A stretch of 63,927 bases of DNA, the filler included, from Octopus bimaculoides (lineage: Eukaryota): NCBI RefSeq assembly GCF_001194135.2. It is 9 parts of 7 records of this genome, joined end to end, with 100 filler letters (N's around TTAATTAATTAA, not from the genome) between each part and the next. Parts side by side here need not be neighbours in the genome. Positions count along the whole stretch, not along the records: positions 46,095 to 52,017 come from NC_068984.1; positions 52,118 to 57,677 come from NC_068989.1; positions 57,778 to 62,390 come from NC_068998.1; 6 more parts are not named here. The stretch is one strand, 5' to 3'. Every line of letters starts with the position of its first letter. Within the stretch, counting starts at the first letter, position 1. The position numbers were made by a program, and so were the translations under genes. This document shows, one piece after another, positions 49,375-62,490 of this stretch. The notes under the pieces were generated by a model. That model saw nothing but the letters and a program-made list of their open reading frames with translations, did no database searches and was not told the origin of the DNA.

Positions 49375-49734
49375 ATGTATGTATATATATATACATGTAC
49401 ATGTACATGTATATTGTATATGTACATAAGTGTGTGTATTTGTGTGTGTGTAGAGGCATTCATTTACAATAATATGGTTTAATTATATGGTACTATATGA
49501 GGATTTAAATGAAAACTTGTCAAAATATAAGCATTACATCAAAATATAAGCGAAAAGCTATATATCCTTATTTTTACAATACAAAGAATCCAAGAATGAA
49601 TTAATTACATTTTAATAAATTGATTCAGCAAATATACGCAGAAACCATTTAATCTACGTAATCTTCATATTGGTATTTTATGATAAAAAAAAAAAGGGTC
49701 CACATTTTGAATTACATTCAATATTTACATGATC

Positions 49735-49890
49735 TGGTAGAATCTTTAGACAAAATGCTTAGCGGCGTTTCTTCCGGGTTTTTTTCGATGAGTTTAAATT
49801 TTGCTGAGGTCAACTTTGCCTTTTATCCCTTCGGAATCAGTAATGTAAAGTATCAGAGAAGTACTTATTGGGGGTTGGAGTGGATGCAAT
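49735..49890 (+). mobile_element. Diverged family D SINE
   Basis: aaatgcttagcggc...gagtttaaattttgctgaggtcaactttgccttttatccc. Confidence 0.65.
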
Positions 49891-50443
49891 CGAGGGCTTT
49901 GAATCCTGCAACGGACAGGCGTCGCGTTCAGAGGGGAATATTGTGATTTCGGTCAATCATACGCCATCGTGAACGAGTAACCAGCTTTATGAGACGTCGG
50001 GCTCGAGAAGAATACGATGACATTTACACGAAAACTAGACAGACATACACAAGTATTAAAAAAATATGAGCATCTTGGGCAAATTTATTTTAATGGAGTT
50101 TCGGTTCGATCCAGGCTTTTTTAGCAGGAAATGTTTTTGAAGCTTATCGTATTGGCTGCACCTTCAGTTCAATGAACCGAAATTGTCATACGGTATCACG
50201 TCACAGAAATTCTCCTTGTGATTTACACATGGTCGTTGAAAATTACACATGGCAGTTGAATATTAATTAAGTCACATGTATGCACATTCAAATTGTATGA
50301 GGTTTCTTTGCAGTACAACTGCAACATATAACATATATGTATTTATACACACAGACACACACACACTCACACATACACACAAACTCACATACACTCATGC
50401 ATACATATATATATACATACATACTTACGTATGTATATGTATA

Positions 50444-50477
<34 letters not shown>

Positions 50478-50694
50478 NNNNNNNNNNNNNNNNNNNNNNN
50501 NNNNNNNNNNNNNNNNNNNNNNNNNNNNNNNNNNNNNNNNNNNNNNNNNNNNNNNNNNNNNNNNNNNNNNNNNNNNNNNNNNNNNNNNNNNNNNNNNNNN
50601 ATACACACAGACACACACACACGCAGAAGGACACGGAGGCATGCGTGCGCACACACACACACACATACACGAATACGCATGTGCATTCACCAAC

Positions 50695-50825
50695 GCGCGG
50701 ACATGTCTGCATGGCGGTTAAGAAGTTCGCCCCGCAGTCAAATGGTGTCGGGTTCAGTCCCACCTCGTGGCACCTTAGGCCAGCTATTACACCGACCAGA
50801 ACGTAAATGGATTTGGTAGACAGAA
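50695..50825 (+). mobile_element. Diverged family A SINE head
   Basis: ggttaagaagttcgc...gggttcagtcccac..gtggcacctt...ggatttggtagac. Confidence 0.6.
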
Positions 50826-50851
50826 CACGCGCGCGTGCATGCACGCACACA

Positions 50852-50896
<45 letters not shown>

Positions 50897-51247
50897 GTAT
50901 ATGTATATGAATATATAACTCACACACTCAGACACGTATAAATATGTATGCACATATAAAATATGTATGCGTATATATATATATGCATGTATATATCTAT
51001 ATGCATACATAAAAAAGTACAGATACACACACGTACGTCCGCGCACATACACACACAAGCACACACACATATATATGTATGCATGTATGTGTGTCGATAC
51101 GATTGTACTTATATATATTGTCTTTCACTTTATATACAAATAAGACAGCTAAACATTAATTGATGGATCTCAGAATATGTTGTCGTGAAAATGAGACAAT
51201 TATAGGTCATTGAATGTTAATAGCACGTTGCATTCGTCACACAGACC

Positions 51248-51288
51248 AATCTGACGAAGACAAATAAAGTCGAAACTTTGAAGTCACT
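51248..51288 (+). ncRNA. Solitary minimal hammerhead-like motif with a weakened stem I
   Basis: aau-CUGACGA-a-gac[aaauaaa]guc-GAAA-cuuugaag-UC-acu. Confidence 0.4.
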
Positions 51289-51359
51289 ATCAACGTTTTA
51301 ATCGCAAATTCTAGATGTACATACATACAGACACGCACACACGTGCGGGTGAATATATA

Positions 51360-51577
51360 TTCTTTTATTCTTTTATTCTTTCATTTGTTTCAGCTATTTG
51401 ATTCTGGCCATGCTGGAGCATCACCTTTAGTCAAACAAGTCGACGCCAGGACTTATTCATTGTGAGCCTAGTACTTATTCTAACGGTCCCTTTTGCCGAA
51501 TCGCTAGATTACGGGGACGTAATTACACCAACGTCGGTTGTGAAGCGATGGTGGAAGGACAAACACAGACACATATT

Positions 51578-51621
<44 letters not shown>

Positions 51622-51790
51622 TATATATATATACAACGAGCTTCTTCCAGTTTCCGTCTATCAAATCCACTCATAAAGCTTTGGTTGGCTTGAGGCTATA
51701 AGTAGAAATCTGTTGCCCAAAGTGCCGCGCAGTGGGACTGAACCCGCAACCATGTCGTTGAGAAGCAAGCTTCTTACCACACAGCCACAC
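51360..51790 (-). mobile_element. Family A SINE, full length
   Basis: Reverse complement of the 47908-48322 type, with internal (CA)n. Confidence 0.88.
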
Positions 51791-52017
51791 ATAAGTGTTT
51801 ATATATTATTATACATATAGATACATAAACATACATGATACGCATATATATATATATATATTTATACATATATATAATGAGAGAGAGAGAAGGAGAGCAA
51901 AAGAAAGAGAGAGCAAGAGAGAGAGATGCATGTGCCTGAATATGTGTCAAATACTCGCATATACATATACATACATATATGTATATATGTATGCATATAT
52001 ATATATATATATATATA

Positions 52018-52117
52018 NNNNNNNNNNNNNNNNNNNNNNNNNNNNNNNNNNNNNNNNNNNNTTAATTAATTAANNNNNNNNNNNNNNNNNNNNNNNNNNN
52101 NNNNNNNNNNNNNNNNN
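52018..52117. other. Artificial scaffold-joining spacer
   Basis: 44 N + TTAATTAATTAA (52062-52073) + 44 N. Confidence 0.95.
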
Positions 52118-52449
52118 TATATATATATATATATATATATATCAGGTATCCTATAAATAATGTTCGAAATATCAGACATGTAATTTCTATCAAATTATAC
52201 AGCATTCTAAAATGTCAAATGGTATTGATTTACAACTCATATGGATTTGGAAGCATTTAACTTAACGTAATTTCTTTTTACAGAATAATCTGGCTGAATT
52301 AATTACTAATATTAACCCCTCAACGATGTGAATATCGAATGACCCCAGTACGTATCTTATTTTAATCCTTGTATGTATTCTATCGGAACCATTTGCCGAG
52401 GGGACAGAAACACACAAATTACAGAGACAGAATGACAAAATGTTTTATG

Positions 52450-52930
52450 AGTTTTAAAATGGAAACAGTGCAGCAAGAGCAACCTGAGATATCCATTCTG
52501 TTTATGGGGAAGAGTATTTGAGCGACAAAAGTTGCTGGGTATGGTTCGCAAGGTTCAAAAATTCTCACTTCAGCCCACGAGAGAATTCACAATTCGGACG
52601 CCCGCTTGAAGCTGATAATGAACTTCTTTTTCTCAGATCTTGAGAAAGATTATGCTATGCCAGTCGAAGAATTGGCAAACAAGCTCAGTTCGAACCATTC
52701 AACTGTTCACCGCCGTCTTCAACAACATGAGGTAACAGAAGGCAACCAAAAATCTCGAATTGGGAATCTGTTCATTTCTTCACTCTCGTGAACATATTTA
52801 ACAATTTTAGACAGATTAGGGATTGGTAATGAAAAGTGGGTCTTTTGTGAAAATGTTAAGCGTCGCTGGCAAAGGCTTAATTGTGGACAAAAAGGCTAAA
52901 CCACAACCCAAATGAACCTTCAACAAACAA
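52450..52930 (+). mobile_element. Old mariner transposase remnant (HTH region up to the first catalytic motif)
   Basis: NGNSAARAT*DIHSVYGEEYLSDKSCWVWFARFKN..GRP..VEELANKLSSNHSTVHRRLQQ..LGIGNEKW; frameshifted; no TIR found. Confidence 0.8.
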
Positions 52931-54091
52931 GATGAGGGCAAATATCCGTCGAATGTAAATAATGTAAATAATGTAAATAATGTACAGAATTCCTCATCTC
53001 TTAAATATAGAACTGTAATATCGTAACGTCTTTAAAATAATACTAAAAACGAATAACGACCACATCGGATAACGTAATCCTTTCATACACAGCTTGAAAT
53101 AAGGATGGAATGATCACGGTAAAAATTGCTTTTGGTCATGGATCTATACATTCCCAATCGCTCTGGAAGAAAGCAACCACACCGCTTGCATTGCTCATCC
53201 GTCTGTGAGTCATGTCCATACTATGTGTTATATCTGTAAAGTTTAAATACGAGGTTAATGTTGTATGTACGGACACTTATTCCCAGCTCACTTTCACATT
53301 TTCACTTCCTCTTTTCTCTCTATTTCCCGCCCCCTCCTATTTCTCTTTATCTAAGTAATTTATAAGGTGTCATTGCCGAAATTAAGACAGAATATATTCA
53401 TCTGGAATAAAGATCCTTCGCAAATTTCTAGTTTGTATTGGAGGTAAATTGCGTGATTAGCAATGAAAATACAAAGAAAATCCAGAGGTCACCAACACAA
53501 TGTTAGCGATACGAGGTTACCAATGTAGTCGTCTGACCTTCCCACAACAACAGTCAACTGCTAAATGGCGCTGGGCTTTTTAGAGTCGGGTTTATGTGTC
53601 TGTGACAAATTTCGAGTTAATGTTGTTTAGCCTATTAGACCCAAAAATCTGTAAATGGCTCATAACTGGAATAATGTGGTGGATTGTATAGAACGTCTGA
53701 AAGTCATATGCATAACGAAAAGCGTAGGATAGGCAGGGGTGGGAGGGATATAGAGAGGGATGGTGGGAGGGAGAAAGTGAAAATGTTGCTGGGAGGTTCA
53801 TAAAGCTTTTCTTTAAGAGTTGATCCTCAGAAATTACAATGACACCAGGTGGGTGTATAAATAAAGAGATGTCTGTAAATGAGTGCGCGCGTATATGCTT
53901 TGTATATGTACGGGTGTGTGTGTGTGTGTGTGTGTGGTGTTGCGTATGGTATAGATTATCTGGTCTGAGAAGCGTTCGCCAGAGATGTTTAAGGGATGAA
54001 GAGATTGACTGGTAACGGCACAGCTTGTGTCTGGTGATCAGTAAGGATTAGCGAGACAGGGCAGATTAGGAAGACAGAGGTTGCGAAGTGT

Positions 54092-54127
<36 letters not shown>

Positions 54128-54645
54128 TAGGGAGAGAAAGGGGCAGATATGGAGACGGAGAGAATCAGAGAGAAATGTAAGGAGAGCAGAAAGCATGTGT
54201 GTATATATNNNNNNNNNNNNNNNNNNNNNNNNNNNNNNNNNNNNNNNNNNNNNNNNNNNNNNNNNNNNNNNNNNNNNNNNNNNNNNNNNNNNNNNNNNNN
54301 NNNNNNNNNNNNNNNNNNNNNNNNNNNNNNNNNNNNNNNNNNNNNNNNNNNNNNNNNNNNNNNNNNNNNNNNNNNNNNNNNNNNNNNNNNNNNNNNNNNN
54401 NNNNNNNNNNNNNNNNNNNNNNNNNNNNNNNNNNNNNNNNNNNNNNNNNNNNNNNNNNNNNNNNNNNNNNNNNNNNNNNNNNNNNNNNNNNNNNNNNNNN
54501 NNNNNNNNNNNNNNNNNNNNNNNNNNNNNNNNNNNNNNNNNNNNNNNNNNNNNNNNNNNNNNNNNNNNNNNNNNNNNNNNNNTATATATATATATATCAA
54601 TGTTCACATATTTTTATGTATACACATTTACAGACACACACATGC

Positions 54646-54676
<31 letters not shown>

Positions 54677-54871
54677 GAAAGAGGCGCAGACAGGTGGATA
54701 CATAGAGAGGTGGATGGATGAATGGATGGATGGATGGATGGACGAACGGACGGACGCACAGACGCACAGACAGGCAGACACATCGAAAGACAAACTAATG
54801 GACAGACAGACAAGCAGACACATAGATAGATAGATACACAGACAGACACACAGACAGGCAGACACATCGAA

Positions 54872-54956
<85 letters not shown>

Positions 54957-55069
54957 TACCGTTTGGTCGGGGAGTAAATGTGTAGAAATGGAAGGCAGAT
55001 AAGGTGACCGGCCTCTATGTAGAGATAAATGTAAAATGAACGACCGAGAGGTAATAAAATGAAAGAGTG

Positions 55070-55108
<39 letters not shown>

Positions 55109-56076
55109 GGGGGGNNNNNNNNNNNNNNNNNNNNNNNNNNNNNNNNNNNNNNNNNNNNNNNNNNNNNNNNNNNNNNNNNNNNNNNNNNNNNNNNNNNNNN
55201 NNNNNNNNNNNNNNNNNNNNNNNNNNNNNNNNNNNNNNNNNNNNNNNNNNNNNNNNNNNNNNNNNNNNNNNNNNNNNNNNNNNNNNNNNNNNNNNNNNNN
55301 NNNNNNNNNNNNNNNNNNNNNNNNNNNNNNNNNNNNNNNNNNNNNNNNNNNNNNNNNNNNNNNNNNNNNNNNNNNNNNNNNNNNNNNNNNNNNNNNNNNN
55401 NNNNNNNNNNNNNNNNNNNNNNNNNNNNNNNNNNNNNNNNNNNNNNNNNNNNNNNNNNNNNNNNNNNNNNNNNNNNNNNNNNNNNNNNNNNNNNNNNNNN
55501 NNNNNNNNNNNNNNNNNNNNNNNNNNNNNNNNNNNNNNNNNNNNNNNNNNNNNNNNNNNNNNNNNNNNNNNNNNNNNNNNNNNNNNNNNNNNNNNNNNNN
55601 NNNNNNNNNNNNNNNNNNNNNNNNNNNNNNNNNNNNNNNNNNNNNNNNNNNNNNNNNNNNNNNNNNNNNNNNNNNNNNNNNNNNNNNNNNNNNNNNNNNN
55701 NNNNNNNNNNNNNNNNNNNNNNNNNNNNNNNNNNNNNNNNNNNNNNNNNNNNNNNNNNNNNNNNNNNNNNNNNNNNNNNNNNNNNNNNNNNNNNNNNNNN
55801 NNNNNNNNNNNNNNNNNNNNNNNNNNNNNNNNNNNNNNNNNNNNNNNNNNNNNNNNNNNNNNNNNNNNNNNNNNNNNNNNNNNNNNNNNNNNNNNNNNNN
55901 NNNNNNNNNNNNNNNNNNNNNNNNNNNNNNNNNNNNNNNNNNNNNNNNNNNNNNNNNNNNNNNNNNNNNNNNNNNNNNNNNNNNNNNNNNNNNNNNNNNN
56001 NNNNNNNNNNNNNNNNNNNNNNNNNNNNGTGGTGGTGTAAGTAGTAGTAGTAGTGGTGATGGTGGTGGTGCAGGTG

Positions 56077-56130
<54 letters not shown>

Positions 56131-56426
56131 ATGGTGGTGGTGATGGTCGTATGTGGAAAAACAGAATCCGGAGTTAAAGTGTAGCAGGGTGCATAGATGC
56201 TGGAGCAGACGAGGTGGAGGAAAAAGAACAGTACTGGCAGGATGCGGCGTAGAAGAGAAACGCTGGAGTACGAAGAGGACAAGTGGGGGAAGTGGAAATG
56301 GAAAGGAAAAATGTGGTTGAGAAGGATCGAACATAAATGTCAGAGATCGAAATATTGCATATTTGTGATGAAATAACCAGGAAGGATAAGAGAGAGCAAA
56401 AGTTACGAGTTGGGGGTATTGTAGAA

Positions 56427-57010
56427 CAGGGATTCTCAGCTCCTTTTTATTTATAGACCCCTTTGATTACTGTTTTTTACTGGTGGACCCTGCAGAGTCA
56501 TTCGATGTTTAAAAACTAGTTTTTTAGAAACTTCTCTCTAAATTCCTTATTTTATTAGCTCGTATAGGTTGAGCTGTGTAAAATGTTAATCAAAGAAACC
56601 TAACTATTTCTTGCAATATATACCAAAACATACATCTAAAGCGGGGTTTCTCAACCATCTTTTTATCTATGGATCCCTTTGGTTATTATTTTATTCTGGT
56701 GGACCCCCTTTCCAATCGATGTTTAAAAACTAGCTTTATAGAAGTTACTTCCCAAAATCCTATTGTTTTTCGCACATTAACTTGTGTTGGTTGAACTACA
56801 GGGTTATTCAAATACAATGAACCAATTTCATTACGCAATATTTTAATAAGGAAAAGCAATAGAAAACTCCAGCTGAGTCACAAGTATTTACTTACAATCA
56901 ACATTTATTTCCTGTCTTACAAGAGCTCAATGTAGCCACCATCTGCAGCACGGGTAACATCAATGCGATAAGAGTATTCCACCCAGACGCATATCAGTTG
57001 AGAACCACTG
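56427..57010 (+). mobile_element. hAT (Charlie-type) non-autonomous element with a duplicated 5' end
   Basis: Left ends CAGGGATTCTCAGC (56427) and CGGGGTTTCTCAACC (56642) are each followed by the same ~130-bp sequence; one right end GTTGAGAACCACTG (56997-57010); flanks fit NTNTANAN. Confidence 0.7.
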
Positions 57011-57294
57011 ATATATAAGATAATAAATATATGACAGAGCAGCGTACTGAAACCGTTATGGATTTTTATTTCGTCCATTTTATGTCATCCACATTTGTGG
57101 TGGAATACCTAGAGATATTGAACTGAAGAACTACGGGCTTAGGATATCGTACTGAATATTGAACGAAGGTACGATGATAGGATTACGGCAATGCAACAGT
57201 TACAACATTCTATTTCGTTAGACAAAGTTCTGCAATCTTTTCTCCATTCATATTATTCTTTTTTTATTCTCTTTCTTATTGCAATTCGTCTGGA

Positions 57295-57625
57295 ATGGTC
57301 ATATGGTAAGAAGCTATATGGTTCCGAGTTCAGTCTCACTGCGTGGCGCCTTGGGCAAGTGTCTTCTACTATAGCCTCGGACCAGTCAAAGCCTTGTGAA
57401 TTTGGTACTGAATTTGGTAGACGGAAACCGAAAGAACTCTGCTGTACATATATCTGTGTGTCTGTGTTTGTCCTCCACCACCACTTCCAACTACTGTTGG
57501 TGTAATTATGTCCCCGTAACTTAGCGGTTCGGCAAAAGTATTCCGATAGACTACATACAAGGTTTAAAAAAAAACAAGTGCTGGGGGTCAATTCATTTCA
57601 CTAAACATTTTTCAAGGAGGTACCC
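57295..57625 (+). mobile_element. Diverged family A SINE
   Basis: ccttgggcaagtgtcttctactatagcctcgg...gtccccgtaacttagcggttcggcaaaag. Confidence 0.8.
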
Positions 57626-57677
57626 CCGGCATAAAAGATAGTATTCTTTTTTCCTATAAATACATGATGGCTTAAAT

Positions 57678-57777
57678 NNNNNNNNNNNNNNNNNNNNNNN
57701 NNNNNNNNNNNNNNNNNNNNNTTAATTAATTAANNNNNNNNNNNNNNNNNNNNNNNNNNNNNNNNNNNNNNNNNNNN
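57678..57777. other. Artificial scaffold-joining spacer
   Basis: 44 N + TTAATTAATTAA (57722-57733) + 44 N. Confidence 0.95.
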
Positions 57778-58228
57778 ATATATATATATATATACAGATA
57801 TATATATATATATATATATATACAGATATATATATATATATATATATACAAGTATATATACGTACACACATATATATACGTATGTATATATATGCATATC
57901 TATACGTGTGTATGTATGTATGTATGTATGTATGTATGCATATGTGCCGATGCACATAGGTATAGAATACATGACGCGGGTATCGAAATAGTTTTTATGC
58001 AAGAGTTATGTGAGTGTGTGTGTGTATATGCATATCCATGTTTGTTCGAATGTATGTAAGTGTGTGATTCCATTTAAATTTCTATATCCGTTCAATTATA
58101 TATATATATATATATATATACAAAATATATACACATACATTCACTCACCCACCCAGACACACACACATATATATACACATGTATATGTACGTATATTTAT
58201 ATATACATACATACACATATATATATAA

Positions 58229-58271
<43 letters not shown>

Positions 58272-58494
58272 NNNNNNNNNNNNNNNNNNNNNNNNNNNNN
58301 NNNNNNNNNNNNNNNNNNNNNNNNNNNNNNNNNNNNNNNNNNNNNNNNNNNNNNNNNNNNNNNNNNNNNNNNNNNNNNNNNNNNNNNNNNNNNNNNNNNN
58401 NNNNNNNNNNNNNNNNNNNNNNNNNNNNNNNNNNNNNNNNNNNNNNNNNNNNNNNNNNNNNNNNNNNNNNNNNNNNNNNNNNNNNNNNNNNNNN

Positions 58495-58528
<34 letters not shown>

Positions 58529-59221
58529 TTGCGGAATCTGGGAAACGCACTCAAAGCAATTGCTATGCATGCACACACACACGCACACACACACACACAC
58601 GTGCGCATGCACACGCACACACGCACATACTCATACACACTCAATGATTGAGAGATACACCAAGACACATGTATGCACGGCGTATTCAATATGTCAAGCT
58701 GTCCTTTAAGTGACACGACGAAAAATATCGATTTCCTATCACTCTTGTAATAATATGAAGAAAATGTGCAATGATTTGCCTTCGTTGAAATATTACGGCG
58801 GGGGAGAAACTACAGGCATCTGTCTTACATCAGAAATCGCCCTTAGATTCCGCAAGTAAAATACCATTTCGCAGGTTTGGAATAAATTCTAATGTAAGAA
58901 TGGAAAATATGTTAGTCCGTTTCCGTTCCTCTGATGTTACGTTTTATGTTTTTGATATATGGTTTAGAAAGAGGCTCCACATATATTTGTTGTAGGCTCC
59001 CTCTCCGCCCGATGCGAAATCGATGTATTTGACGTTGTGCTTTGAAGTAGTTGCCGGTCTACGTTGAAGGAAAGGGAACCAGAGGCAAAGAGGGAATTGC
59101 TGTGGGTTTAAAGGCAGGGTTGGAAATCCAGGAGTTTCATAGGGCTGGCGTTCTGGGAAAGAACGTTCAGGATCCGCAGTGGTTGTTGCGATGCCTGACG
59201 ACGGTTGGTAATCGAAGATGA

Positions 59222-59610
59222 TATTGATTTCAAGTCTAAACACAAGGCCGGCAATTTTAGAGGCGGTGAATCGGTCGATTACATCTACACCAGGGTTCAA
59301 CTTGTACTTATTTTATTGGCGCCGAAAGGATGAAAGGCAAAGTCGATGTCAGCGTCATTCGAATTCAGAACGAAAAGCCAGAAGAAATGCTGATAACCAT
59401 TTCCCCCCGGCACGGTAACGATTCTGCTAGCTCGTGGATAATTTTGATTTCAAATTTGGGCACAAGGCCAGCAATATCGGGGGAGGAGCTAAGTCGATTA
59501 CATTGACTCCACAGTATTTAACTGATACTTAATTTACCGACCCCGGCAGCATTCGAAATGTCGCTAAGCATTTTTCCTGTCACGATTACGATTCTGCCAA
59601 CTCCAAGATA
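59222..59610 (-). mobile_element. Two family D SINEs head to tail (second copy internally deleted)
   Basis: cacaaggcc...gtcgattaca...gattctgc occurs twice. Confidence 0.75.
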
Positions 59611-59728
59611 ATATTGCTGACGAGCCTTACATTCCGAACTTCTCACTCATAAAAAAAGGTAACTTTTCATTTTGGCTCCATACAGTGGGGATGGCCAGTT
59701 GAATCCTTTTAGCAGCGTTATAGACCCC

Positions 59729-60020
59729 GGGTCTCAGTTGTTAGAGCGTCGGGCTCATAGTCATGTGGTAGCGAGTTCGATTCCCGGATTGGGGTGTGTT
59801 ATGTTCTTGAGCAAGACACTTTATTTCACATTTCTCCAGTTCACTCAGTTGCTGGTGCCAAGCTGTACCGAGCTTTGTTTTTTCCTTGGATGACATCGGT
59901 GGCGTGGAGAGAGGAGGCTAACTGCTGGTCTTCCATAAACAACCCTACTCGGACTTGTGCCTCGGAGGGGAACTTTTTAGGTGCAATCCCACTGTCATTC
60001 ATATCCGAAGGAGGTCTTTA
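59729..60020 (+). mobile_element. tRNA-derived SINE, family C
   Basis: gtctcagttgttagagcg (A-box-like), gagttcgattccc (B-box-like), ttcttgagcaagacacttt core. Confidence 0.7.
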
Positions 60021-60149
60021 CCCTTTTGAACCCCGGGCAAATCAATCACCGGGCCTGTTGTGTATATTCATATATTTCAAACCACAGCATACATGAATCA
60101 AAATTGGTCCCGTAGGCACGTGAAGCCCCTGGATAGCTACTACCCGGTC

Positions 60150-61200
60150 TGCCAATGACATAAGAGGGCATTGATGACCGGGCTATTTCACGTCATATGA
60201 ACGACCATACTCTGAGTACGTTCAAGAAGAATTATATACATCCTCTTTGAATTCGGCCAAACTAAAGCAGTTGCCAACAATATAACGAATGCTGACTTGC
60301 TGGACGTTAACCTAGAACTCGAGGCAAGCAAGTATTATCGTTACAGAAATCCCAACGAGGCAACTGTATATTGTTCACATACACCCCCCGCTTTCCACAG
60401 CCAGATGTAATTAGAAAACTATTACAGGCATCAGCAGCAGCAGCATCTCGTTTCTATTGACAGACAAAGAGAGTCCTCCAACGGCGCAGCACCTCAATTA
60501 TATAACGAAGATCTAGTGAGGAGTGGCTTTAATGATAAGGTGGTGTATATCGAGTTACTCCCATCACACTCCCAAGCCTGAAGAGACTCATAAAGACACA
60601 TTTAATCTGGTTTAATCCTTGATGTTCATGTTTCCACTGATACAGCTAGAAGTTTTCTGGGGCTAATAAAATAGTATTTCTTGTGAAATCTAATATATCA
60701 TAAGCTCTTTAATTATCATTACGTCAAGGTTAACTGCTCGTGCTTAGATAATATCACTTGCAAAATTGCATGCCACGAAGGACACAAACACCCATCTACG
60801 CAGTCTTGATATGACATTCCGATCTATAACTGCCGATATTCTACAAACAGCAAACAGTGAGGATCCTGTCTCTGAAAGATTGGTCAATAGAACCACTTTT
60901 GCAACATCCGATGGCATCACAAGACACTGCACGGGCACATCAGCCAAAACCTTTAAGGGAAGATTCACACAACACGCACACTCCTTCAGGAAAAACTTCA
61001 TCTCCCTTCCATGCCTCATCTCGAGACTTTGTAGCCATAGGAACAACTTCCCCAACATCATTTGGAGCACCCTTGACAGAGACCTTCCTTATTCATCTGG
61101 AGTTAATAATTTCCAACTCTGCACAATCTCCGTTGACATGCAATATCATCAAAATTTCTGCCCGGTTAAAGAACTTCAAGCTACTGACCGCTTATAATCC
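60150..61200 (+). mobile_element. Penelope-like element (Neptune-type), heavily decayed RT thumb to GIY-YIG
   Basis: LLDVNLEL..YYRYRNPN, YNEDLVRSGF, LIWFNP, YHKLFN..VKVNCSCL, GTSAKTFKGRFTQHAHSFR, IIWSTLDR..PYSSG..QLC, across frameshifts. Confidence 0.8.
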
Positions 61201-61311
61201 GGGCATAACACGTTGAGTCTAGATGTCCTTGCTGCCCGTAGACATTACAGCTTCTGCATTGGCAGCGATGCTGGTCATGCAAACTAATATGAAACCTGAC
61301 TCACTGAAATG

Positions 61312-61690
61312 ACGCAGGTATGGCTGTATGGTTCCGAGTTCAGTTGCAAATGTCATCTACTATAACCTCGGGCCAACCAAAGCTTTGTGAATGAGCTTTG
61401 GTAGACGGAAACTGAAAGAGAAACCTGTCGTATATATGTATATACACATTTATGTGTGTGTGTGGCTTTGTGTCGGTGTTTGCCCTACCACCATTGCTTG
61501 ACTACCGGTATTGATGTATTTACGTCCCCGTATCTTAGGGGATGGGCGAAAGAGATTAATAAAATAATATGCTAAAAGAAATTAGTATTGAGGTCGATAC
61601 ATTCAACTAAAATTATTGAAAGTGCTGCCCCAGCATGACCGCAGTCTAACGACTGAAAGAAGTAAAGGTTTAAAGATAAAAGATAAACAG
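61312..61690 (+). mobile_element. Diverged family A SINE
   Basis: Head with deletion, body, and tail ending ccagcatgaccgcagtctaacgactgaaa. Confidence 0.8.
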
Positions 61691-62351
61691 GTTAACTCCT
61701 CCAGTATCAACTGGTGCAACTGAAACGCCTAAGCTTACAGAAGGCCACCCAACTGACGCCAACATTCTGTCTTCTCAATGACTCGAGCCCTCCCTTTTTT
61801 AATCTATTTTCTTTGAAATGTTATGCTCTTCAAAAGGCTTACTAATGAATCAAGTGATGTCACTAAGATAGTTTAAACACCTACGTAACCTCAAGTGACC
61901 AATGGAGGGTTAAATACTCTCACCAAAAAATTATTTTAAATCGTTTGAATTTCATTTAAATACTATCACTAATTTAAGACCGAAGATTTGATGTATTGGA
62001 CGTCTTTTTCGCACACGAAACATTAAATATTAAAGACTGAATCAACCAGTTCTAAAATGCATACAAATTCATCGAAATATGACAAGCGCCACTTACATAT
62101 ATATTATTAAGACTCCGATTTTTTCATAACTTGCGATATACATTATATCTTTTCAATTTGGCTTCAATGTTTGCAATAAACAGCGAGGTTAAAGTTGTTT
62201 TATTCAAACAATTGAGTTATTCAAACTGAATTTATTTTATTGAAATATGCGACATTTTAACATGCGTACATTATGTGTGAGCTTGTGTTTATTATATGTG
62301 TAACTATGTATGTGTTGTGTGTGTATAAACAATATAAAGAAATAAACATAC

Positions 62352-62390
<39 letters not shown>

Positions 62391-62490
62391 NNNNNNNNNN
62401 NNNNNNNNNNNNNNNNNNNNNNNNNNNNNNNNNNTTAATTAATTAANNNNNNNNNNNNNNNNNNNNNNNNNNNNNNNNNNNNNNNNNNNN
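62391..62490. other. Artificial scaffold-joining spacer
   Basis: 44 N + TTAATTAATTAA (62435-62446) + 44 N. Confidence 0.95.

Noticed and set aside
59729-59790. tRNA gene (CAT-anticodon-like head); likewise the heads at 27490 and 38689
   Set aside because: Cloverleaf stems do not close and the heads continue into SINE bodies.
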